Origin: an uncultured virus (IMG/VR IMGVR_UViG_3300042433_000193)
Lineage: Duplodnaviria; Heunggongvirae; Uroviricota; Caudoviricetes
Virus record (IMG/VR): IMGVR_UViG_3300042433_000193
DNA length: 23,592 nucleotides
Direction: 5' to 3' (one strand)
Shown here: positions 1-6,933 of the stretch, in pieces
Layout of the letters: each line of letters begins with the position of its first letter
How positions within the stretch are numbered: position 1 is the first letter of the stretch
The notes under the pieces: generated by a model
Told to the model about the DNA's origin: nothing
Databases searched by the model: none
The model's input: only the letters and a program-made list of their open reading frames with translations
Position numbers and translations under genes: made by a program

Positions 1-483
1 GAATGCACAGTTTTTCTACTGCAAAGAGAAACAAATCAAATAACAGTTCTAAACGAATCTGTTACTGAATTACATACTCGTATTTATCAACTTGAACAGG
101 AAAATAAGCAACTAAAAACCAATCAACCAGAAACCAAACCAGAACCTAAGCTAGATAAAAAACCGATGGCTAAAAAGCCTAAGTTTAAACTGCCAGAAAA
201 CTTTGCTGACTACCAGCAAGAGTGCAACGACTTAATTGATGCCTTATCCTGTTTTTACAATATCAAAAAAGGTAAATGGGGAAAAGACATTCTCCAGTTT
301 ATTCTTACTCCCAACGATACCGAAAAAGCAAAGCATCCATATCCTGACAAGTGGAAAGCAGGACTATATTTACATGGACAGTGGACAGTCGATAAAGTCA
401 ATCTATCCGACCCTGATGGATGGGAAGACTGGTTCATGAATGTCAACGACTTCGCTGACGCTAACGACATAGAGATTAGTTAG
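1..483 (+). CDS. Hypothetical phage protein, 5'-truncated by the window edge
   Basis: The frame of the 166..483 ORF is open from base 1 (ECTVFLLQRETNQ...QLEQENKQLK...KPMAKKP), so the true start probably lies upstream. The N-terminal part looks coiled-coil. Confidence 0.75.
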   Translation, partial: ECTVFLLQRETNQITVLNESVTELHTRIYQLEQENKQLKTNQPETKPEPKLDKKPMAKKPKFKLPENFADYQQECNDLIDALSCFYNIKKGKWGKDILQFILTPNDTEKAKHPYPDKWKAGLYLHGQWTVDKVNLSDPDGWEDWFMNVNDFADANDIEIS

Positions 484-539
484 TTTCTAGTTATTAGTTA
501 TCAGTAGTACAAACGTTCAAAAATAGTTTTCCCACACAC

Positions 540-568
540 TTGACTTTATTGGGAGAATGATCCACAAT
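540..568 (+). promoter_or_regulatory. Sigma70-type promoter P0
   Basis: TTGACT (540-545), 17 bp, CACAAT (563-568). GAGG RBS before ATG 602. Imperfect inverted repeat TTTTCCCA (527-534)/TGGGAGAA (550-557) flanks the -35. Confidence 0.55.
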
Positions 569-601
569 AGAAAGTAACCAAAACACACGAGGTACTAAGT
601 C

Positions 602-745
602 ATGTCTAACGATAAACAACCAATCGAAACAACACAAATTCCTAAAATTAAAAAAGCTCAAATTTTCTGCAAAGAGATTGAGTTATTTGCTCAATCTTTA
701 AATCAGAAAGCACAAACAGTGCTGGACAAGTATCCGACGCTGTAA
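602..745 (+). CDS. Small hypothetical protein, 47 aa (below the ORF track cutoff)
   Basis: ATG602..TAA745 gives MSNDKQPIETTQIPKIKKAQIFCKEIELFAQSLNQKAQTVLDKYPTL. Own promoter and GAGG RBS. Confidence 0.65.
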   Translation: MSNDKQPIETTQIPKIKKAQIFCKEIELFAQSLNQKAQTVLDKYPTL

Positions 746-770
746 TCAGTTGTCAGTTATCAGTTGTCAT
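746..770. repeat. TTATCAG/TTGTCAG heptamer tandem repeat (copies also near 490-505, 2620-2645, 3233-3262)
   Basis: tcagttgtcagttatcagttgtcat directly after a stop codon. The same heptamer runs follow the stops at 483, 2608 and 3234 and resemble cyanobacterial short tandem repeats. Confidence 0.75.
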
Positions 771-896
771 CTGTCAAAAAGTGTGTGATTGCTTTATTGG
801 CTTGATTTTCCGAGATTTTTGGCAGTTCTGCGATCAGTGTAACCATGAGTAAATCTACGAACTACAAAAAGATAATAAAAAAGTTTGACAAACTAC

Positions 897-961
897 TTGA
901 CACGAAAACATATCCCTGTTATATTGGGTATATACCAAAACACACAAAGGAGTTCAACATG
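897..961 (+). promoter_or_regulatory. Promoter/operator/RBS module P1
   Basis: TTGACA (897-902), 17 bp, TATATT (920-925) with TG extension. Near-palindrome ATATCCCT-N8-GGGTATAT. AAGGAG RBS before ATG 959. Confidence 0.8.
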
Positions 962-1270
962 GCTACCATCGACAAAATTGATTCTCAACTTGCTGACTTA
1001 CAGTCTGAAATAGACTACTTAAAATCTCAAATTGAGATTTTTCAAGCCAAGCTATCTGATCTAGAACACCTTAAAGCGCAAAAAGAAGCGCAAAAAGAAA
1101 GAGTTCAAGACAAAACCTCAAAAGTATTGACAGAAGCAGAGTCACTAAATGTAGAGATTCCTTCAAAAGAAGAATTTGAAAAAGTCTATTATCATATTCC
1201 TTATTATCAGGGCGGACTAATCGATCAAGAAATTTGGAAGAGGCTATTGCTGAGGATCAAAAAACCATAG
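959..1270 (+). CDS. Coiled-coil hypothetical protein, 103 aa (start revised from 845)
   Basis: ATG959 follows the promoter and AAGGAG RBS. Heptad pattern IDSQLADLQSEIDYLKSQIEIFQAKLSDLE. The 845 start would run through the promoter. Confidence 0.75.
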   Translation: MATIDKIDSQLADLQSEIDYLKSQIEIFQAKLSDLEHLKAQKEAQKERVQDKTSKVLTEAESLNVEIPSKEEFEKVYYHIPYYQGGLIDQEIWKRLLLRIKKP

Positions 1271-1339
1271 CACTTAAAGCTATGTCTGTTATGTATTTTG
1301 GCTAGTCTCATCGGGGTTTAAAAATATTTCTTAACCCAC

Positions 1340-1404
1340 TTGACATACAAACATATACCTGTTATATTGGTTATATGCCAACAAACACAAAAGAGGTTAC
1401 GATG
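1340..1404 (+). promoter_or_regulatory. Promoter/operator/RBS module P2
   Basis: TTGACA (1340-1345), 17 bp, TATATT (1363-1368). Near-palindrome ATATACCT-N8-GGTTATAT. GAGG before ATG 1402. Confidence 0.8.
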
Positions 1405-2064
1405 AAATTTAACAGACAAGCACCTGGTCACTACGTTGCAGTAGCAGAAAAAGTTGAAATTAAAAAAGGTATTGGTGTCGATAAAGATAAATGGTTTTGC
1501 TATTTTCCTGATGATAAAGTATCTTACCGCCGTAGCTATGAAGCGGCTAAGGCTTGGTCAGAAAAATATATGAAAAAACTACAGACATACAATGTCACAG
1601 TCAATCAAGTTAAGACTGTCAAAAAACAAGCGACGACCAGTAAAGAGCAGTCTTTACAACACAAGCTATCTCGCCACCTAAGTTATGTGGTAGGAGCGGA
1701 ATCGTTAGGCTGTGTCAATACTGGACGCGCCGCTTGTATAGCACATTTATCTGTTAACGGAAAATCCTTTTATGTAGTCGGTTTTGAAGGTGCTGTTACT
1801 GATACCATTTTCGAGAAAATTATCTTTAAAATTAAAAAAGATTTACAATCTGGTTTATTCCAAGATTGCTATCAGACCGAAGCATGGGGTAGCGTTTCAG
1901 TTTTTAAAAGTTTCAAAGAAGCCGAAAAAGCCTATCGCAAAATGGATGACAAAACAAGAAAACAGAACGAGGAAGATCGTCAAGCAATAGCAGAAGCAAA
2001 AGCAAAAGCAAAAAAAGGAGACATAGAGGCTATGTTTACACTAGGAGATTATGGAGTTCTTTAA
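1402..2064 (+). CDS. Hypothetical phage protein, 220 aa (start revised from 1375)
   Basis: Long ORF with GAGG RBS before ATG1402. No recognisable motif. Confidence 0.8.
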   Translation: MKFNRQAPGHYVAVAEKVEIKKGIGVDKDKWFCYFPDDKVSYRRSYEAAKAWSEKYMKKLQTYNVTVNQVKTVKKQATTSKEQSLQHKLSRHLSYVVGAESLGCVNTGRAACIAHLSVNGKSFYVVGFEGAVTDTIFEKIIFKIKKDLQSGLFQDCYQTEAWGSVSVFKSFKEAEKAYRKMDDKTRKQNEEDRQAIAEAKAKAKKGDIEAMFTLGDYGVL

Positions 2065-2257
2065 TTGTCCCAAATGCCAATCACAGAGAATCTCTAAAAA
2101 AGGGTTCTCTGTGTCAGGAAAACAGCGTTATCGCTGTAAGGATTGCAATCATCATTTTACTGGCAATCCGGCAGGAAAACCCCCCCACCCTGATTCAATG
2201 ACTAACGCCGAAAGATGTCGTCGTTATCGGCTGAAAAAAAAACAAAAAAACACTTGA
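2051..2257 (+). CDS. IS1 InsA-like zinc-ribbon protein with basic C-terminal helix
   Basis: CPKC-x-S-x-RISKKG...GKQRYRCKDC matches the InsA Zn-ribbon pattern. C-terminus MTNAERCRRYRLKKKQK. AGGAG RBS, overlaps the upstream stop. No insB next to it. Confidence 0.75.
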   Translation: MEFFNCPKCQSQRISKKGFSVSGKQRYRCKDCNHHFTGNPAGKPPHPDSMTNAERCRRYRLKKKQKNT

Positions 2258-2317
2258 CATACAAACATATACCTGTCATTATAGGTATATACCAAAAAAC
2301 CAAAGGAGTTCAACATG
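2254..2317 (+). promoter_or_regulatory. Promoter/operator/RBS module P3
   Basis: TTGACA (2254-2259), 17 bp, CATTAT (2277-2282). Perfect inverted repeat ATATACCT (2267-2274)-N8-AGGTATAT (2283-2290). CAAAGGAGTTCAACATGG is identical to P1. Confidence 0.8.
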
Positions 2318-2608
2318 GATCGCATTCAAGAAATTCTTTCTTTACTAGGAAAAATTGAAATCGAAAAAGCCATCTTAGACCAAAAAAAATCTGAGTTAAT
2401 GGTAGAATATGAACACCACAAGCGAATCGCATACCATAATGTTTTAACTCAGCTATTCCGTGTGCAGTGCCAGTTAATTGATTTACGAAAAGCTGACGAA
2501 AAATGGTCAGTAGTCTATGATGTTTTGCTTGACAAGCGGGCAAAGCTAGATAAACAGCTTGCCGATCTAGATAAACAGTTTCTAGATAAACAGTTTGTTA
2601 ACAGTTAA
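2315..2608 (+). CDS. Coiled-coil hypothetical protein, 97 aa
   Basis: ORF behind P3. C-terminal LDKQ x3 from CTAGATAAACAG repeats at 2546, 2567 and 2582. Confidence 0.75.
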   Translation: MDRIQEILSLLGKIEIEKAILDQKKSELMVEYEHHKRIAYHNVLTQLFRVQCQLIDLRKADEKWSVVYDVLLDKRAKLDKQLADLDKQFLDKQFVNS

Positions 2609-2676
2609 TAAAGTGATAGTTTAGTTATCAGTTATCAGTTATCACCCGTCAAAAACAAAACACTTAGGAGTAAGAA

Positions 2677-3234
2677 ATGACGATTAAAATTGAAATAGTA
2701 GAAATACCAGCAAGTCAAGATCAAGAAATTGGTAGTTTTAAGATTGGGAAATATCCAATTACTCAGGAACAATATCAAGAGGTAATGGGAACCAATCCTT
2801 CATATTTTTCAGGAAATCCCCAAAATCCAGTAGAACAAATCAGTTATGACGACGCTATAGCTTTTTGTCAGAAATTGAGTCAGCTAACAGGGAAAAATTA
2901 TCGGTTGCCTACAGAAGCAGAATGGGAATATGCTTGTCGTGCAGGGACAACCACTCGCTATTATTTTGGCAATGATGATAATCAGTTAAAAGATTACGCT
3001 TGGTATGGAAGAAATTCTAATAACACAACTCATCCCGTAGGACAGAAAAAACCCAATGGTTGGGGATTGTATGACATGAGTGGTAATGTTTGGGAGTGGT
3101 GCGAAGATGGTTGTCTGCGCGGCGGTTCTTGGTACTACGATCCGAAGATCTGTCGCAGTGCGAATCGTGACAAGATCATCCCTTATCTAACAACGCTCTT
3201 CGACTACGGTTTTCGGGTAGTCTGCGACAATTAG
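2677..3234 (+). CDS. Formylglycine-generating enzyme family (FGE-sulfatase, C-type lectin fold) protein; putative DGR target
   Basis: Motifs GKYPITQEQY..VMGTNPS.F, PVEQIS, YRLPTEAEWEYACRAG, HPVGQKKPNGWGLYDMSGNVWEWC, RGGSW, GFRVV. AGGAG RBS. Confidence 0.92.
   Translation: MTIKIEIVEIPASQDQEIGSFKIGKYPITQEQYQEVMGTNPSYFSGNPQNPVEQISYDDAIAFCQKLSQLTGKNYRLPTEAEWEYACRAGTTTRYYFGNDDNQLKDYAWYGRNSNNTTHPVGQKKPNGWGLYDMSGNVWEWCEDGCLRGGSWYYDPKICRSANRDKIIPYLTTLFDYGFRVVCDN
3115..3234 (+). other. Putative DGR variable region (VR)
   Basis: Between RGGSW and GFRVV the variable residues use NNC/NNT codons (TAC TAC GAT, ATC, GAC, ATC ATC, TAT, CTC TTC GAC TAC), as expected for mutated AAC/AAT template codons. GC-richer than the rest of the gene. 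Confidence 0.65.
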
Positions 3235-3254
3235 TCAGTAATCAGTTATCAATT

Positions 3255-3287
3255 ATCAGTTATTAACCACAAATCAACAAAGGTAAT
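3255..3287 (+). repeat. 33-bp direct repeat, copy 1 (copy 2 at 4261-4293)
   Basis: atcagttattaaccacaaatcaacaaaggtaat vs atcggttattaaccacaaatcaacaaaagtaat, 31/33 identical. Confidence 0.9.
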
Positions 3288-3288
3288 T

Positions 3289-3519
3289 ATGTTTCACTTA
3301 AACTTTGCAGAAGAAGATAAAGATGGCAGTCCTAAACACCAGACCTTTACTGCTGGGGCTATTATATACAACAAAGAAGGAATACCTCAACAGTATTTTT
3401 GCAATATAAATACAGAAGATGATGTTACCAAAATCTTTAAGTATTACAATCAACGAAACAAGTTATTGTATTTTGAAGCTATATGTGTTAAGACTGGTCA
3501 AATTCTTAAACTAAAGTAG
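3289..3519 (+). CDS. Hypothetical protein, 76 aa
   Basis: ORF with AAGG RBS inside a repeated intergenic module. Confidence 0.7.
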   Translation: MFHLNFAEEDKDGSPKHQTFTAGAIIYNKEGIPQQYFCNINTEDDVTKIFKYYNQRNKLLYFEAICVKTGQILKLK

Positions 3520-3543
3520 TGAATCGACGGGAGTAATTATGTT

Positions 3544-3816
3544 ATGTTATCGTTTCAAGAGTTTCAATCTACAATCAAAGAAAATATTCCCTATTATCTT
3601 TGGGAATTTGAGCAAAATCAATCTTCTGACAATAATGGCGAATATTGGGCAAGAATAAAAAATTCCCAGATAGGAGTACGTTATCTTTGTCGATTAAATA
3701 GGTTTATCGTTATTTTGCAAAATAATGATAAAGACTATGGCGATCAAACAATTATAGCTACAGACTTAAGGTTTGTTCACGATGCCGTCGTGAGCTATAT
3801 TCAATTAGGGTTTTAG
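3544..3816 (+). CDS. MLSFQEFQ-family paralogue 1, 90 aa
   Basis: Starts MLSFQEFQS, ends IQLGF. GGAG RBS. Confidence 0.8.
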   Translation: MLSFQEFQSTIKENIPYYLWEFEQNQSSDNNGEYWARIKNSQIGVRYLCRLNRFIVILQNNDKDYGDQTIIATDLRFVHDAVVSYIQLGF

Positions 3817-3820
3817 TGTA

Positions 3821-4300
3821 ATGATTAGATTTTACTGGAATGATAAATTAGTGTCTTATCACGAGACACAAGAGGAAGCTTTTGAACAAGGATTTAAGTA
3901 TTTACATCAGCATCCTGCATTGCCTGATTTTAAGCGTATGCCTCATAGACAGTGTTCATTCGTGGACACAACAGAAATCGATTACTGGAAACATTCAAAA
4001 ATTCTTTTTGAACGGTTTACTGATTGGATTTGCTATAAGCGGTATTCTGATAATGGAGGCGTACTTATGGACATGAAGCGTATCCTTTCAGAAATAAAAA
4101 GAAAAGGGTATTTATCTTTAGACGATATAAATCAACTAATAGAGATTAACCCATACTTCTTAAATAACTTTGCAAGGTGCTATAAATTAACTCCAGAAGA
4201 GGTAAAAGTGTTAGCATCTGAAAGAGAAGTAACGTTTAACATGGTTTTTGAGTACATAGAATCGGTTATTAACCACAAATCAACAAAAGTAATGGAGTAA
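3821..4300 (+). CDS. Hypothetical protein, 159 aa
   Basis: ORF packed between paralogues. The last 12 codons read through copy 2 of the 33-bp repeat. Confidence 0.75.
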   Translation: MIRFYWNDKLVSYHETQEEAFEQGFKYLHQHPALPDFKRMPHRQCSFVDTTEIDYWKHSKILFERFTDWICYKRYSDNGGVLMDMKRILSEIKRKGYLSLDDINQLIEINPYFLNNFARCYKLTPEEVKVLASEREVTFNMVFEYIESVINHKSTKVME

Positions 4301-4302
4301 TT

Positions 4303-4581
4303 ATGCTATCATTTCAAGAGTTTCAATCTGTAGTTACGCAAAAGTTTCCTCATTGTAATTGGATATTTGAGCAACATAAAGTTACTCTTATAGGAGAAGA
4401 GTATCTTGCAAACATTACAGACAGTCGAATAATAATTTCCTATTCTTGCCAGTATCAAAGTTGGTCAGTTGGGTTATTAAGTGAAAACAGGGAATATGTT
4501 CAAAGTTGGCAGTACGCACACGCTAAATCTTTTATTTTGATATGCATTCAAATTGAGCGAAATATTCAACTAAAGTTTTAG
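4303..4581 (+). CDS. MLSFQEFQ-family paralogue 2, 92 aa
   Basis: Starts MLSFQEFQS, contains WIFEQ (WEFEQ in paralogue 1), ends IQLKF. GGAG RBS. Confidence 0.8.
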   Translation: MLSFQEFQSVVTQKFPHCNWIFEQHKVTLIGEEYLANITDSRIIISYSCQYQSWSVGLLSENREYVQSWQYAHAKSFILICIQIERNIQLKF

Positions 4582-4617
4582 TTTTATTAGGATTGTCAAT
4601 AAATCAACAGGAGTATC

Positions 4618-4974
4618 ATGCTATCATTTCAAGAGTTTCAAGAACAAGTTTTAAACGTTCTTAGTCCAAGTAAAAGAGAGTGTAAGTTTTGGAAAAGTTA
4701 CTCAAGTTTTTCGGCAGATATTAATTATCATGGCTTAAAATATATATCTTTTCAGGTAAAATACATAATAGACGAGAAAGACTGCAATTGCGGGCAGTGG
4801 TTTATTTAAAAAACTTACACGCAAGACTGTAAGACTTTTTCGGATTCCTTAACTCAAGGCATAGAAACTATTGACAAACAAACCACAAAATGTATTAACG
4901 ATGAGTTATTTTTGTTTGAGTCTTTAAGACAAATTAATATCTCACCACGAGACATAAGAGTTGACTATTCGTAA
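4618..4974 (+). pseudogene. MLSFQEFQ-family paralogue 3, interrupted by in-frame TAA at 4807-4809
   Basis: Starts MLSFQEFQ. After TAA the same frame stays open for 54 codons (KTYTQDCKTFSDSLTQGIETID...RVDYS) to TAA 4972-4974. Confidence 0.65.
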
Positions 4975-4996
4975 GCGGTTAGTCTAAAGTTGCTAT

Positions 4997-5029
4997 AATA
5001 GCTGTAAGGATAACTTACAGCTATTTTTT
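4997..5029 (+). terminator. Rho-independent terminator-like hairpin between accessory and tail genes
   Basis: 12-bp perfect stem AATAGCTGTAAG / CTTACAGCTATT, loop GATAA, then a T run. Overlaps TGcTATAAT (4991-4999). Confidence 0.65.
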
Positions 5030-5030
5030 A

Positions 5031-5429
5031 ATGATTAACTGGAATCTAGGAAGACAATTAGCCATTGAGTCTTTTAATGAGATGGTGGGCGAGTTTGCCC
5101 AAGAGATTAACTTTCAGATAGAGGATACTAAATGGAACTGGCCACGGGAGACTGTACGAAAAAACGGTAGTGTAGTTGGCTCACCCCGGGACATTGTAGA
5201 TACAGGTGAGCTAAAAAATAGCCAATTTATTGAAGATGTATCGGATACCTATAAAGTAATCGGTTACACGGCTGATCATGCCGCTCTTGTCCATGAAGGG
5301 TATCAAATAGAGCGTAACAATGGGACGGTAACAGATGTTCCCGCCCGACCTTTTATCGACACGGCTATAGAAGACTATAATCCAATTGAGGCTTATAGTG
5401 AAATCTTAAAGGAAAAATTAAATGAGTGA
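5031..5429 (+). CDS. HK97 gp10-like tail/neck component
   Basis: Motifs VDTGELKNS, A.LVHEG, PARPFI. Located upstream of the tail genes. Confidence 0.75.
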   Translation: MINWNLGRQLAIESFNEMVGEFAQEINFQIEDTKWNWPRETVRKNGSVVGSPRDIVDTGELKNSQFIEDVSDTYKVIGYTADHAALVHEGYQIERNNGTVTDVPARPFIDTAIEDYNPIEAYSEILKEKLNE

Positions 5430-5871
5430 ATCAGAATTAAGAGATATTTTATTAAGCATTAGAAACAATTTAAAGATACTTATCGGCGCTGACTTAGGTA
5501 AATACGAAATAACAAGCCCTACAGGGCAAAATTTAAAAGAAATTGATGCTATTTGGGTAGAGCCTCCTGAATTACCCCCTAACTATAAAGTAAAACCTAA
5601 TAGCGGCATCGAAGCAATTATTCAAAGAGAGCCTAATCCTTATCACGAAAATTTACTAGGATATACCGTAGGTATAAACAACTATTGCATTACCCTAAAA
5701 CAGTACAATCTAGAGAAATCCCTAACACCAGTGATTGAAACACTTAAATCTTCTCGCTACTGGAATTTTCTAGATCAGCCTCGCTTAACCCCCTATACCA
5801 AAACTTCTGAGGGGATTATCAGACCAAAAGCGACCTTTAAAATCACTACTGCTAGGCTTTTAGACTTTTAG
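5422..5871 (+). CDS. Putative tail terminator/completion protein
   Basis: 149 aa, between the gp10-like gene and the tail tube gene. Function from synteny only. Confidence 0.5.
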   Translation: MSESELRDILLSIRNNLKILIGADLGKYEITSPTGQNLKEIDAIWVEPPELPPNYKVKPNSGIEAIIQREPNPYHENLLGYTVGINNYCITLKQYNLEKSLTPVIETLKSSRYWNFLDQPRLTPYTKTSEGIIRPKATFKITTARLLDF

Positions 5872-5933
5872 AGTACACATTTACTAATCTTTTATAGTAC
5901 AATATAACTAGAAAAGTTTAGTCAGTGATTAGA

Positions 5934-6665
5934 ATGTCGAATCAAATTCTAGAATTAAATCGGAGTGACAACCTCACCCCTAGCCGTGATACGCAATTTT
6001 TTATCTCTGGTACTTATGGTTTTGGAGAGGAACCTTCCACACGAGTAGCCGATTTAGGTGGTGCAATCGTCTTAGGTGATTCCACTCTTACCGTGGCGAC
6101 TGGGGGTTTTGGCCGAATTTTATATGCTGGCAATTTAATTTATGTGGGGACTGCCGGTGATTATGTGGTCGTCCGAACAAAAACGACAACGCTAACTCAG
6201 ACAGTAATCCAGATCGAACCTTCCAAAATTGCTACTACCCTTGCTACTCCCGCTCAAAAATGCACAATTAAATCTTGGGCTCCTTTTTTGAGTGCCAAGA
6301 CCTTTAACGTTGACACCTCCTCTACCGAGGTTACTGATTCCGTCTTTGGTGAAATGGCGGTGGAGAAATTTATCTCCGAAATCATGAGTACTGGGTCGGT
6401 ATCGGGTCCGCTTGTATTTGGTGATCCTGGATATGAAATCATAAAGGCCGCAGAGCAAAAAGGTGATCGAATTTACCTTGAAATTGTCTATATGGGACAG
6501 CGCGGCGGCTTAGGTTTTCAGACAAATGTTAGCCAAAATGTTAGTGGTGAAAAAGGTAATTTCCTACAAGGAAACGTAACTCTAACTATTAGTGGCAATG
6601 TGTTTGACATTAAACCGATGGCAACGTCGCCATTCTCTCCTAATGTAGCTGATGACCTCAATTAA
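5934..6665 (+). CDS. Putative major tail (tube) protein
   Basis: About 243 aa, G/T/S/V-rich beta-type sequence, upstream of chaperone and tape measure genes. ATG5934 preferred over GTG5925. Confidence 0.65.
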   Translation: MSNQILELNRSDNLTPSRDTQFFISGTYGFGEEPSTRVADLGGAIVLGDSTLTVATGGFGRILYAGNLIYVGTAGDYVVVRTKTTTLTQTVIQIEPSKIATTLATPAQKCTIKSWAPFLSAKTFNVDTSSTEVTDSVFGEMAVEKFISEIMSTGSVSGPLVFGDPGYEIIKAAEQKGDRIYLEIVYMGQRGGLGFQTNVSQNVSGEKGNFLQGNVTLTISGNVFDIKPMATSPFSPNVADDLN

Positions 6666-6933
6666 AATAGTTAAACTTCTTGTCGATGAAGACCAAGAGG
6701 TAATGTTAGTCAATTCTAGAATAATCAATAATTACCTCTGGTTTTCTTTCGGTACGTTTGATCGAGAAATAAGTCAGCAAGAAAAGATATTAATCGAGCC
6801 ACCAGACGGAACAAAAAATCAAGAAAGAATACAGGTATCTGTAACCCTTGATCCTCTGTGGCTCAATACTGAACAAAGTGCAAAAAGAAACCAAAAGGTA
6901 AAAATAAATGGCGAAGTTAAGCGTATTAGGTAA
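6652..6933 (+). CDS. Hypothetical protein, 93 aa, in tail operon
   Basis: Fills the gap between the tube and chaperone genes and overlaps both. Confidence 0.6.
   Translation: MTSIKIVKLLVDEDQEVMLVNSRIINNYLWFSFGTFDREISQQEKILIEPPDGTKNQERIQVSVTLDPLWLNTEQSAKRNQKVKINGEVKRIR

Noticed and set aside
506..519. AGTACAAACGTTCA as a cyanobacterial LexA box; AGTACAAACG is also shared with the spacer 2 reverse complement
   Set aside because: Two mismatches to RGTACNNNDGTWCB, and only a 10-bp match to the spacer. Insufficient for either claim.
845..958. N-terminal extensions in the ORF track (starts 845, 1375, 8091)
   Set aside because: They run through promoter/RBS modules or the upstream gene. Downstream ATGs at 959, 1402 and 8139 have proper RBS context.
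2051..2257. Intact IS1 element at the InsA-like gene
   Set aside because: No insB frame, terminal inverted repeats or target duplication seen; the flanks are phage genes and a promoter.
897..2317. Repeated promoter modules as a CRISPR-like or attC-like array
   Set aside because: Spacing is hundreds of bp and irregular, and the repeats are fully explained by -35/-10/RBS elements.
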